Origin: Escherichia coli | GTDB taxonomy: Bacteria; Pseudomonadota; Gammaproteobacteria; Enterobacterales; Enterobacteriaceae | Direction: 5' to 3' (one strand) | DNA: 64,000 nt | Assembly (NCBI RefSeq): GCF_046105845.1 | Contig: NZ_CP151004.1 | Shown here: in pieces, positions 1-9,539 of the stretch | How the letters are laid out: the number at the start of each line of letters is the position of its first letter | How positions within the stretch are numbered: the first letter of the stretch is position 1 | Translations under genes and position numbers: made by a program | The notes under the pieces: generated by a model | Databases searched by the model: none | The model's input: only the letters and a program-made list of their open reading frames with translations | What the model was told of the DNA's origin: nothing

Positions 1-365
1 GAGGGATCCATACCCTGGAGCACCTGTTTGCTGGTTTTATGCGTAACCATCTTAACGGTAATGGCGTAGAGATTATCGATATCTCGCCAATGGGCTGCCG
101 CACCGGTTTTTATATGAGTTTGATTGGTACGCCAGATGAGCAGCGTGTCGCTGATGCCTGGAAAGCGGCAATGGAAGACGTGCTGAAAGTGCAGGATCAG
201 AATCAGATCCCGGAACTGAACGTCTACCAGTGTGGCACTTACCAGATGCACTCGTTGCAGGAAGCACAGGATATTGCGCGTAGCATTCTGGAACGTGACG
301 TGCGCATCAACAGCAACGAAGAACTGGCGCTGCCGAAAGAGAAGTTGCAGGAACTGCACATTTAG
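1..365 (+). CDS. luxS: S-ribosylhomocysteine lyase LuxS, 5'-truncated at window edge
   Basis: Translation from window start (…[42 protein letters not shown]…LQELHI*) matches LuxS C-terminal two-thirds; stop at 363-365. Confidence 0.95.
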
Positions 366-382
366 TCAGTTTAAGCAGAAGA

Positions 383-417
383 GGCCGGGCTGGTGAAATC
401 ACCGCCCGGCTTTTATT
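383..417 (+). terminator. Rho-independent terminator downstream of luxS (GC hairpin ggccgggc…gcccggc followed by TTTTATT)
   Basis: Inverted repeat 383-410 followed by T-tract 411-417; T-tract overlaps stop codon of the convergent minus-strand ORF 416-1528. Confidence 0.6.
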
Positions 418-1528
418 ACCTGTCAGTCACCCAATATTCCACACTATGTGCTTCATCAGGTTGAGGAACTTCCAGCCTTGAGGCCATCCGCATCACGACC
501 GCTTCAGGAACTGCATACTCGCGTCTGGCATTTTGCTGCTTCCATTGCTCCCATGGCACTTCCAGATAAACGATTTTTACTCGTGCGCCGTAAGCCGTAA
601 ACAGACTGATGAGCTGGCTACGCAGCTGGCGGGTAATGTTCGTCGCATTCCAGATGAACGGCTTTTTCTGGCGTAAAAAAACGCGCGCCTCTTCTTTTGC
701 CTGTTGCACAATACGCCCGGTGGCGGTTTTGTCGTCCGGGCTGGCATTGATTCGCCGCCGCATATCATCAAGGCTGATAACGTCCATTCCCAGGCACAGT
801 TCACTGATATAGCGATCTTTGCCCATACCCGGTAAGCCACACAGCAAAATAACCTCAAAAGATTCAGCCTCCCAGGGAACAAAATCAGGAGAACTTTGCT
901 CATGAGTCAGGTAGTGCCAGCGTGCGGAATCAGACACGAACGGGCGCGCTTTTCCCCAGCATTGTTGCTCATGGCAAAACAGCTCGAACAGATCGATGCG
1001 TTCCAGCATTGATTGCTGGTCCGGGCTTTGGCGACCAAGCAGATCGGCACGAGCAAGCAAAGCGAGCAAACGCGTGTCGATGCGCATTGCAGCTGTGAGC
1101 AGCAAACGCTCCGGTTCCGGACGTTCCAGTAACCATAGCGGTAACCCATGCAGACGCACCAGCGCAACAATTTGCTCGCGTAGCACGAACGGCGTTGGGA
1201 TATCGCGCCATAAAATTTGTCGGGCCGTCAGTTCGCCCCGACGAGCATGGCCAGGCGACTGAATACGTCCGTTTTCCTGCACGGTAGTGCTGCGCTTTTC
1301 AACATCATGCAATAACGCCGCCGCCCATAAAACTTCCTGCTGTTGAGCGGGGAGTTGCTGGAATTCTGGCAGAGTAACGAGGGCGTTAAGTACCATTTCG
1401 GTATGCACGCCGACGTCGCCTTCACCATGATGCTCCGGGTCTTGTGGCGTGTGATGCATCTCCTCAACCCAACTGAAACGCTGGCGTAGCGCCGACCAGC
1501 GTTTATCGTCGGTAAGCTGCCAAATCAT
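416..1528 (-). CDS. HD-domain phosphoesterase / P-loop polynucleotide 5'-kinase fusion (HD-Pnk-like RNA/DNA end-healing enzyme), putative
   Basis: 370-aa ORF; N-terminal HD-domain signature (EHHGEG…VHT…LLHDVEK… further His/Asp), C-terminal P-loop GLPGMGKD (aa 231-238) followed by acidic [11 protein letters not shown]; start ATG overlaps upstream ORF stop (ATGA). Confidence 0.75.
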
Positions 1529-2232
1529 GATTGTTCTCCATAGGTGAACTCATGGGCCATCCGCGCCCGTTGCCAGTGGCGTTTCCAGTGTACGGTAGTT
1601 TTGACATGATTTTTGCGTACATACTTGAAGACGTTATGCGAAAAGTCAGCGACGGAAAACGCATCACGATTCCGGCTGACAATGCCTTCCAGCGTACAGG
1701 GTTGCCCGGTTTGTGTATCCCAGGGATCGAACGCGCCGCGCGCATTGGTCAGCGCCAGAAAATCACGTTGCCAGCTTTTTTCATCATTCCCCGGCTGCGG
1801 GCCGGAGATTTCGGGAACGCAGGGGAAATCAAACAGAGCGGCGTAAAACTGCACCTCTTCCCAGCTCAGCCACATATCCTGGCAGCGAACGGCAAACAGA
1901 TAAAAATCCTGCTCCAGGGCGCGATATTCAATCGAATGGACGGCATAAAGATTTTCACCAAACAACTCCAGATCGCCGAGATCGTTTTTCAGCAGTTGCC
2001 AGCGTTGGCGAATTTTATAGGTCCATGCCGACTGCGTAGGCGCGGCATGGGAACGGGCAAACACGCCGTAGCGGTTAAGGCAGTTATTTTCACCGTCGAG
2101 TTTTTCTGTGTGCACCAATTGCGTGATGGCCTGTAAATCCTGCCAGTAATCGGTGTTAATACGGTCATCGCTGGTGGTGCCAGGGGAGAAAGGATAATGC
2201 CAGGTTCTCCCGTATTTTCGTTGGGTATTCAT
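1525..2232 (-). CDS. Minimal ATP-dependent RNA ligase-like nucleotidyltransferase (Rnl family), putative
   Basis: 235-aa ORF; covalent nucleotidyltransferase motifs: motif I EKLDGEN (K44), motif III FGENLY, motif IV LEGIVSR, motif [11 protein letters not shown]; E. coli-like codon usage; weak SD (GGA) upstream of ATG. Confidence 0.75.
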   Translation of the reverse strand: MNTQRKYGRTWHYPFSPGTTSDDRINTDYWQDLQAITQLVHTEKLDGENNCLNRYGVFARSHAAPTQSAWTYKIRQRWQLLKNDLGDLELFGENLYAVHSIEYRALEQDFYLFAVRCQDMWLSWEEVQFYAALFDFPCVPEISGPQPGNDEKSWQRDFLALTNARGAFDPWDTQTGQPCTLEGIVSRNRDAFSVADFSHNVFKYVRKNHVKTTVHWKRHWQRARMAHEFTYGEQS

Positions 2233-2452
2233 AATAATCCATTATTTTGTGTGTAATAAATGTACGCCCGCGAGGGTGCGAGTTATGGGGTTAAAAGAAA
2301 AATGTGAGTATCACCCGCGAAAGCGAGGGCGAAGGAAAAAGAGAATTAACAACCTGAGCGAATGCTCAGAACCGGTTAATGGTGAATGGAAGAGTTTGGG
2401 GCGGCGAAAAGATACACCGAATGAGTGGATAAAACAACCGTTTGCAAAATGA

Positions 2453-2479
2453 GCAAATAAAAAGGGAGCCGCAGCTCCC
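2453..2479 (-). terminator. Rho-independent terminator of emrB
   Basis: On minus strand GGGAGCtgcgGCTCCC hairpin followed by TTTTTATTT immediately after emrB stop (2490-2492). Confidence 0.7.
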
Positions 2480-2489
2480 TTTGACAACC

Positions 2490-4028
2490 TTAGTGCGCAC
2501 CACCTCCGCCGCCACCTGCGCCAAATGGCGGTTTAGCAAACCACACCAGCCCCAGCAGGACGAGGAATATCCCAGCTGACATCCAGAAGATCTCATTGGC
2601 GGAAATAATCAGCCCCTGATTGGTGATCTGCTGGGCAATCCAGCCTGATGCCTGCTGTTGCGTCATCCCAAGCCCTTCCAGTTGACTATACATCGCCTGG
2701 GCATTCGGGTTGAACGGGTTTACCGACTCAGTCAACTGCGCATGGTGCATCGACTCGCGGTTGGTCCACATGGTAGTGGTTATCGACGTGCCGATAGACC
2801 CCGCCAGCGTTCGCGTAAAGTTAGAGAGGCTCGATGCTGCCGCCAGTCGTTCCGGTGGCAAACCAGACAGCGTAATGGTGGTCAGCGGCATAAAGAAGCA
2901 GGCCACCGCAAAACCCTGGATAAACTGCGGCCAGGCCGACGCGCCAAAATCCATACCTGGTTCAAAGGTATAGGCACGCCAGTAGAAGCAGACGGCATAC
3001 ATAATAAAGCTGAAGGTTACCAGCCGCCGCATATCCAGTTTATGCGCGAAGCGGCCGATAATCGGCGACAGGATCACCGGAATAATTCCTACCGGCGCAG
3101 AGGCCAGACCTGCCCACGTTGCCGTGTAACCGTAGACCTCCTGCAACAACTGCGGCAGCAGAACAATCGCGCCGAAGTAGAGCATATACGCGAGGCTGAT
3201 ACACAAGCAGCCGATGGTGAAGTTGCGCGACTTAAACAACGACAGATCGACTATCGGGTTATCGTCGGTCAGCTCCCAGACAATCAGGAAGCAGATAGCC
3301 ACCACTGCCACCACGGTAAGGATGATAATTTCCTGTGATGAGAACCAGTCCAGCTCTTTACCGCGGTCGAGCATAATCTGCAGGCTACCGATACCAATAA
3401 CCAGCAGTGCCAGCCCCACGGCATCAATCCGCCGCCGTTCGGTGCGGGTTTCACGTCCGCGCAGGGTTTGCAGTGTCATCAACACCACCGCCACGCCAAT
3501 CGGTACGTTGATGAAGAATATCCAGCCCCAGTGGTAATTGTCACTGATATACCCGCCGAGGATCGGGCCGCAAATTGGCGCGACAATCACCGTCATCGAC
3601 CACAACGCCAGCGCGATCGAGCGTTTGGCTGGCGGGTAGTTATTCAGCAATAGACTTTGCGAAAGCGGAATTAACGGCCCGGCGACAATCCCCTGAATCA
3701 CGCGGAAGAAGATCAGCATATTCAGGCTGCTGGAGACACCACACGCCCACGACGCAATAGCAAAGGCGATGGTTGACCAGAGGAACAGTTTCACTTCCCC
3801 GACGCGCTTTGCCAGCCAGCCGGTAAGCGGGATCGAGATGGCATTCGCCACCCCGAAAGAAGTGATTACCCACGTTCCCTGGCTGAGCGATGAGCCCAGA
3901 TTCCCGGCGATAGTGGGGATCGCCACGTTAGCAATGGTGGAGTCCAGCACCTGCATGAATGTCGCCAGTGACAGCGCAATCGTCATAATGACCAGTTGCG
4001 CGCCTTCCAGCGGTTTTTGCTGTTGCAT
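2490..4028 (-). CDS. emrB: Multidrug efflux MFS transporter EmrB
   Basis: ORF 2490-4037; protein MQQQKPLEGAQLVIMTIALSLATFMQVLDST… 14-TM MFS; start moved to ATG at 4028 (MQQQK). Confidence 0.95.
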   Translation of the reverse strand: MQQQKPLEGAQLVIMTIALSLATFMQVLDSTIANVAIPTIAGNLGSSLSQGTWVITSFGVANAISIPLTGWLAKRVGEVKLFLWSTIAFAIASWACGVSSSLNMLIFFRVIQGIVAGPLIPLSQSLLLNNYPPAKRSIALALWSMTVIVAPICGPILGGYISDNYHWGWIFFINVPIGVAVVLMTLQTLRGRETRTERRRIDAVGLALLVIGIGSLQIMLDRGKELDWFSSQEIIILTVVAVVAICFLIVWELTDDNPIVDLSLFKSRNFTIGCLCISLAYMLYFGAIVLLPQLLQEVYGYTATWAGLASAPVGIIPVILSPIIGRFAHKLDMRRLVTFSFIMYAVCFYWRAYTFEPGMDFGASAWPQFIQGFAVACFFMPLTTITLSGLPPERLAAASSLSNFTRTLAGSIGTSITTTMWTNRESMHHAQLTESVNPFNPNAQAMYSQLEGLGMTQQQASGWIAQQITNQGLIISANEIFWMSAGIFLVLLGLVWFAKPPFGAGGGGGGAH

Positions 4029-4044
4029 CACACGCACCTCTGGA

Positions 4045-5217
4045 TTAGCCAGCGTTAGCTTTTACGATATCGTCGATCAGTTTATTGACAGGTGCCAGGC
4101 TGATTTCACGCGCGGTGCTTACCGCTACCGGTGTGGAACGTACTTTATTTGCCAGTACCTGACCGTCACGGTTAGTGGTATTGACGCTCACCAGCGTGGA
4201 TAAACCGATACGCAGCGGGTATTGCTCCAGCTGTTTTTGGTCCAGTTCGATACGAACAGGCAGACGCTGAACGACTTTGATCCAGTTACCAGTCGCATTT
4301 TGCGCCGGAAGCAGCGAGAACGCGCTACCTGTGCCCATATCCAGACCAACCACTTTACCGGTGTATTTCACATCATCGCCGTAAATATCGGTGGTGATGG
4401 TGACCGGCTGACCGATGCGCATATTGGCAATCTGCGTCTCTTTAAAGTTGGCATCCACCCACATATTGGTGGCTGGAACGACCGCCATTAGCGGCGTCGT
4501 TGGGCTAATTTGCGCCCCAGGCTGTACCGCGCGGCGGGAGACATAACCGGTCATCGGACTGACAATACGGGTACGCTCCAGCGCCAGCCAGGCGTTACGT
4601 ACTTCGGTGGCAGCCTGTTGCACGGCAGGCTGATCTTCCAGTTTAGTCCCCAGAATCATCGCCTGATTGGCATTGTATTGTTGAATAGCGACGTCCAGTT
4701 GTGCCTGGGCACTGGTAACGGCGTCGCGGGCGTGTTGCAGCTCTTCGCGACCAATCAGGTTGGCATTGCCCAGCGGCACACGGCGGTTGTAGTCGCTTTG
4801 TGCTTTCGCGAGGGCGATTTTTTGCACCTCAATATTCGCCTGCAACTGTTTGCTGTTAATCATCAGCTGGTGGGTTTGGCGAACGCTGGAAGCCAGTGCA
4901 GTTTTGGCTTTTTCAAACGCCTGGCGAGCATCTGTCGGGTCGAGAGTGACCAGAACATCGCCTTCTTTTACAAAATCGGTGTTATCGGCCCAGACTTTCG
5001 TCACGCTGCCAGACACCTGAGACATAATTTGAATCTGATTCCCTGCCACGTATGCGTCATCGGTTTCTTCGAAATGACGCAGTACCAAAAACCAATAAAT
5101 CCCTATCGCTACGGCAATAATTATAAAGAGCAAGGTGAGAAGGAGGAGCAGACGCTTACGTTTGCCGCTCTTCTTTACCGGTTGCTGCGGGGTTTGAGTC
5201 TCCGCATTTGCGCTCAT
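4045..5217 (-). CDS. emrA: Multidrug efflux membrane fusion protein EmrA
   Basis: ORF 4045-5229; MSANAETQTPQQPVKKSGKRKR… ; start at ATG 5217. Confidence 0.95.
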   Translation of the reverse strand: MSANAETQTPQQPVKKSGKRKRLLLLLTLLFIIIAVAIGIYWFLVLRHFEETDDAYVAGNQIQIMSQVSGSVTKVWADNTDFVKEGDVLVTLDPTDARQAFEKAKTALASSVRQTHQLMINSKQLQANIEVQKIALAKAQSDYNRRVPLGNANLIGREELQHARDAVTSAQAQLDVAIQQYNANQAMILGTKLEDQPAVQQAATEVRNAWLALERTRIVSPMTGYVSRRAVQPGAQISPTTPLMAVVPATNMWVDANFKETQIANMRIGQPVTITTDIYGDDVKYTGKVVGLDMGTGSAFSLLPAQNATGNWIKVVQRLPVRIELDQKQLEQYPLRIGLSTLVSVNTTNRDGQVLANKVRSTPVAVSTAREISLAPVNKLIDDIVKANAG

Positions 5218-5343
5218 ATTGTTCTCCACGATCTTCTTAACTCATCGGCTGAGCCGACCTGCTTGCCAAAAAGGCCAGCATGTTGCGATGCTGGCCAGTC
5301 ATTTTTTCTTTTATAAATCTGGATTTTTGAGCGAGATGACGCG

Positions 5344-5874
5344 TTAGCTCATCGCTTCGAGAACCACACCGTCTTGTTCCATCTGGTCGAGACGGGAGAG
5401 CAATTTGCGGGTGATTTGCTCGAGCTGATCTTTTTCTGTTGTGCTGAGCGCGGACCAGAGTTGATGCAGGCAGTTATGCTGCGGTGGTAAAACCTCGCGC
5501 AAAAACTCGTGACCTTTTTCCGTTAATTGCAGATGCAGGCAGCGGCGATCGTTATCGCTTTCACGACGTTCAATCCAACCGCGTTTTTCCAGTTCATCGG
5601 CAATACGCGTCGCGTTGGTACGGGATGATCCAAGAGCACAACTCAATTCAGAAGGCTGAATACTGTGGTTTTCCTGAGACTCCAGCGTAATCAACGCCAT
5701 AAACAACGTCTCGTTAATCCCCTGAGCCTTCAGCATTTTATTGCGGTTCTCCAGCAGCTTGCTTTGCATGTGCATGCAAAGACGGGTCAGAAGGATCTCC
5801 TGATAAGGAAAATCTTCGTGGCGGCTGGCGCGAAATTTTAGCATTTGTTCAATGGGCGTAAACGAACTATCCAT
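5344..5874 (-). CDS. mprA: MarR-family transcriptional repressor MprA/EmrR
   Basis: 176-aa ORF upstream of emrAB, MarR-like wHTH protein. Confidence 0.93.
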
Positions 5875-5964
5875 TTGGGTATGACCTCATTAATTTCAGC
5901 CGATATAGTAACGACAGTGACAAATAAAGTAAATGTATTGTTTTAGAAAAATGATTCTTGTGGG

Positions 5965-6300
5965 TTATATAATCGCCATCACTTTCCAGGCGAGCCCGTA
6001 GGCCAGCGCACTAAGCAGTGTTGGGATGATAATGCTGCGTGTTTTATAGAAACTGGCACCCAGTACCGCGAAGCCGACCAGCGTGGGCACGAAACGGCGT
6101 GTATCGTGCATCACTTCTGGTGCGGTAGAGACAACCAGCAGAGCGCATATCGAGGCGATGCCAATGGTGTCGAGCAATATGCCTATCGCGCCACGTTTGG
6201 TTGGGCGGGTATTACCCACACGCAGGCGCAGCGGCAAATAGCGGAAGCAATAATTCGCCGCGCCAACCAGTAACCCAAGCAGCAGAACCTCATAGCTCAT
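5965..6300 (-). CDS. ygaH: L-valine exporter subunit YgaH (AzlD-like)
   Basis: 111-aa hydrophobic ORF overlapping ygaZ stop. Confidence 0.9.
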   Translation of the reverse strand: MSYEVLLLGLLVGAANYCFRYLPLRLRVGNTRPTKRGAIGILLDTIGIASICALLVVSTAPEVMHDTRRFVPTLVGFAVLGASFYKTRSIIIPTLLSALAYGLAWKVMAII

Positions 6301-7027
6301 CGGGCGCTCCTTGCCAGAATGCCTGGATTAACGCAGTGAGGCAGCCACAGACAATGCCTGCCAGAATGGCGACGGGAATAGAAAATAGCGTTACGCCTGC
6401 AAGGGCACCAACTAACGCTGCGGTAACGCAAAGAGATTGTTTGCGCTGGAAAGAGGCGAGCAGGAAACTCATAAAGAGTGCCGGAAGCATAAAACCTAAT
6501 GCTGCTTCAACGGCGGGATATCCTTGCAGCAAGCCGCTGCCGGAGAATGCCCCTATTACCGTACCAAATACCCACGATGACCATGAACTGAAGGCAATGC
6601 CGATCATCCAGTTCTCGCTCCAGCGGCGATTATTGCGTACCAGTTTTGCGGTTGCGGCGGCAAAAACCTCATCCGTCAGGCCAAATGCCCACAGGGCGGT
6701 TTTCGATTTTTGCAGACGCTGAATAATACGGCTACGCAGTGACGGGCCATACAAAACATGGCGAACATCCATTGCCATGACGGTCAGTGCAGCAACCCAC
6801 AAACTACTCCCGGCTGCCAGCATCGCGGTAATGACGAACTGGCTCGCGCCTGCATAAATGATGCAGGAGAAAAAAACGCTTTCGAGAGGAGAGAATCCCA
6901 GACGGGTCGCATTCAGACCGAACGCAAAGGCCACCGGAATATAACTAATAACAATCGGTAAACTGTCTTTGCATCCTTCCATGAAGGTCGCCGAACCAGG
7001 AGCAGGCTGTGGAGTAGGGCTTTCCAT
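6290..7027 (-). CDS. ygaZ: L-valine exporter subunit YgaZ (AzlC-like)
   Basis: 245-aa membrane ORF in conserved position. Confidence 0.9.
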   Translation of the reverse strand: MESPTPQPAPGSATFMEGCKDSLPIVISYIPVAFAFGLNATRLGFSPLESVFFSCIIYAGASQFVITAMLAAGSSLWVAALTVMAMDVRHVLYGPSLRSRIIQRLQKSKTALWAFGLTDEVFAAATAKLVRNNRRWSENWMIGIAFSSWSSWVFGTVIGAFSGSGLLQGYPAVEAALGFMLPALFMSFLLASFQRKQSLCVTAALVGALAGVTLFSIPVAILAGIVCGCLTALIQAFWQGAPDEL

Positions 7028-7150
7028 AGAGTGTACGCTTAACGATTGTTAATATTATAAATAGACTGAATGAATATCTTAACCTTATCAGACTGATGGG
7101 CTTCTTAACACCCTTATAAGTGTAAAGCCACGAAAACGGTTGCTGATTGC

Positions 7151-8335
7151 TTAATTTGCGGCTTCCTGACGATGAAAACCTCGCCACCAGACCAGTAAGT
7201 TAACCAGGGCAATCGTCGCGCCAGCCAGACAAACGCCAGCCCAACCGCCATGTTGCCAGGCTGAGGCTGAAATTAGCGAACCGGCGGCACCGCCAATAAA
7301 GTAGCTGGTCATGTAACCTGCGGTCAGGCGATTACGCGCATCAGGGTGTATTCGATAAATTACCGTCTGGTTAGTGATATGCACGCCCTGCACGGTGAGA
7401 TCCAGCACCAGGATGCCGATAATCAGCGCCAGTACGGAAGTGTGACCAAACCAGATCGCCAGCCATGAAAGTAACAGCAGCAGCAGACCGAAAGTTGTGG
7501 TGTGGTGCGATTTACCCTTATCGGCAAAACCGCCCGCCGGACGAGCGCCCAACGCTCCGGCAGCTCCCGCAAGTCCAAACAGACCAATGACGCCATCGCT
7601 GTAATTAAAAGGTGGAGCGGCAAGCAAAAAGGCCATTGAGGTCCAGAGAATGCTGAAGTTGGCAAAGGTCAGGCAGCCCAGCAACGCGCGGGTGCGCAGA
7701 ATTTTATCGCTGATAAACATGCTGAAAACGGAACCCAACAACTGTGGGTAGTTGAGGTGGGTTTCTGATTTCATTTGTGGCAGACCACGCCATAATGCCA
7801 GCGCCATCAGTGCCATTAACACCGAGGCAACCCAAAAGACGGTGCGCCAGCCGCCGAGGTTTGCCAGCAACCCGGCAACGGTTCGTGCCAGCAAGATCCC
7901 CAACAGCAGCCCGCTCATAATGGTGCCGACCACTTTGCCGCGTTTGTCTGGTGAAGCCAGCGTCGCTGCCAGCGGAACCAGAATTTGTGCCACGACCGAG
8001 AATAAACCGGTTAATGCCGTACCGAGGATCATCATCGCCAGCGACTGACTGCTGGCGGTAATCAACATACCGCCCGCTGCCAGTAAGGTCATCGAGACAA
8101 TCAGGCGGCGGCGTTCAAACATATCACCGAGGGGAACAAGAAACAGCAGACCTGCGGCATAGCCCAACTGCGCGGCGGTAACAATAAAGCCCGCCGAACT
8201 GGCGGAAAGGGAAAAGTTACGCGCGATGGTGTCGAGCAATGGCTGGGCGTAATAGTTGCTGGCGACCGCCAGACCGGTGGCGATAGACATCAGTACGATC
8301 AGTGCCGGGCTAAGCTCATGATTAGGTTTAGTCAT
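7151..8335 (-). CDS. ygaY: MFS transporter YgaY (intact here)
   Basis: 394-aa 12-TM ORF; same locus is a split pseudogene in K-12 as far as I recall. Confidence 0.85.
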   Translation of the reverse strand: MTKPNHELSPALIVLMSIATGLAVASNYYAQPLLDTIARNFSLSASSAGFIVTAAQLGYAAGLLFLVPLGDMFERRRLIVSMTLLAAGGMLITASSQSLAMMILGTALTGLFSVVAQILVPLAATLASPDKRGKVVGTIMSGLLLGILLARTVAGLLANLGGWRTVFWVASVLMALMALALWRGLPQMKSETHLNYPQLLGSVFSMFISDKILRTRALLGCLTFANFSILWTSMAFLLAAPPFNYSDGVIGLFGLAGAAGALGARPAGGFADKGKSHHTTTFGLLLLLLSWLAIWFGHTSVLALIIGILVLDLTVQGVHITNQTVIYRIHPDARNRLTAGYMTSYFIGGAAGSLISASAWQHGGWAGVCLAGATIALVNLLVWWRGFHRQEAAN

Positions 8336-8435
8336 TATTTTTGTTCATCAGATGATGATTAAGCTGGAAATCAATAATAGCGGATGTTGATGAATATGGG
8401 ATGAAAGATAGATTGTTGAAATGTGCGGTGTGGTT

Positions 8436-8479
8436 TGTAGGCGTGATAAGACGCGTCAGCGTCGCGCATCCCTGCGCGG
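8436..8479. repeat. REP-like palindromic element
   Basis: tgtaggcgtgataagacgcgtcagcgtcgcgcatccctgcgcgg resembles REP consensus, in ygaY-proX intergenic region. Confidence 0.5.
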
Positions 8480-8489
8480 TTATCAATAT

Positions 8490-9482
8490 TTACTTCTGAG
8501 CTGCCAGCGCCTCATTCACCCAGCCATCGAACTGCTGCTGGTGGGCTTTGATCCAACCATCAACGTGGCCCTGAATATCGCCTTCTGAGGCTTTGCCGTC
8601 ATGCATAATGGCGTTCTGGGCGTTAATATCTGCCACTGGCAACTGCATAATGGCAAACAGTTTCGCTGCCGCCGGATTTTTCTCGGCCCAGGCTTTATTG
8701 GCAACGATATGCATGGTGCTGACCGGGAAGCCGTAATTCGCGCCATTCGGCAGTTTGGTATCGGCATTTTTATCGCCCGGCAGTGCGGAGAACGGCACCT
8801 GCAACCAGACCACATCTTTCCCCGGTTTCAGTTCGTTACTCACCCAGTACGGCGTCCAGGTGTAGTAAAACACCGGCTTACCCTCTTTGTAACGACTGAT
8901 GGTGTCAGCCATCATCGCTGCGTAGTTCCCCTGATTATGCGTCACGGTATTGGTCAGTCCATACGCGGCAAGCTGGTGGTTGATCGCACCTTCGCAGCCC
9001 CAGCCAGGGTTACAGCCGGTTAAATCCGCTTTACCGTCGCCGTTGGTATCGAACAGTTTGGCGATCTTCGGATCTTTCAGTTGCGCGATGTTGGTGATTT
9101 TGTACTGGTCGGCAGTTTTCTTATCGATCAGGTAACCCTGTGCCGCGCCGTTAACAAATACTCCTTCACGATAAAATTTCTTATCGCCACCGGCAGCTTC
9201 GTACATGTTGTCATGCAGTGGCGTCCAGTTCACTGCGGTGAAGGTTGCATCGCCGGAAGCAAGCGAGGTGTAGCCAACGTTGTAATCCACTTCGCTGGGT
9301 TTATTGACGGTATAACCTAATTTCTCCAGCGCGCGGCTGACCAGCAGCGTCTGGAAAGTTTCTTCGGTGATGGTGCTCTGAACCGGATTAACAGTAATGC
9401 CTTTGCCCGGCAGGTCGGCAGCAAAAGTTTGTGTAGAGATAAGCGTGGCAAACGCTGTCGCAAAAAGTACGCTATGTCGCAT
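8490..9482 (-). CDS. proX: Glycine betaine/proline ABC transporter periplasmic binding protein ProX
   Basis: ORF 8490-9524; [21 protein letters not shown] signal peptide; start ATG at 9482. Confidence 0.95.
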   Translation of the reverse strand: MRHSVLFATAFATLISTQTFAADLPGKGITVNPVQSTITEETFQTLLVSRALEKLGYTVNKPSEVDYNVGYTSLASGDATFTAVNWTPLHDNMYEAAGGDKKFYREGVFVNGAAQGYLIDKKTADQYKITNIAQLKDPKIAKLFDTNGDGKADLTGCNPGWGCEGAINHQLAAYGLTNTVTHNQGNYAAMMADTISRYKEGKPVFYYTWTPYWVSNELKPGKDVVWLQVPFSALPGDKNADTKLPNGANYGFPVSTMHIVANKAWAEKNPAAAKLFAIMQLPVADINAQNAIMHDGKASEGDIQGHVDGWIKAHQQQFDGWVNEALAAQK

Positions 9483-9539
9483 TGTTATTCCTTTTTTTGG
9501 CAGGGTGATAATGCCCGGCGTCACCGGGCAAGTGCAGAG

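Noticed and set aside
577-1467. Several nested or antisense ORFs (e.g. 577-903, 907-1170, 969-1211, 1228-1467) inside the HD-Pnk gene
   Set aside because: They overlap a longer ORF with clear domain signatures and have low-complexity, Cys/Arg-rich translations typical of wrong-frame reads.
2249-2452. 67-aa basic ORF (plus strand) between the ligase gene start and the emrB terminator
   Set aside because: Arg/Lys-rich low-complexity translation, opposite strand to the cassette, sitting where the cassette promoter/5'-UTR must be. Judged a spurious ORF.
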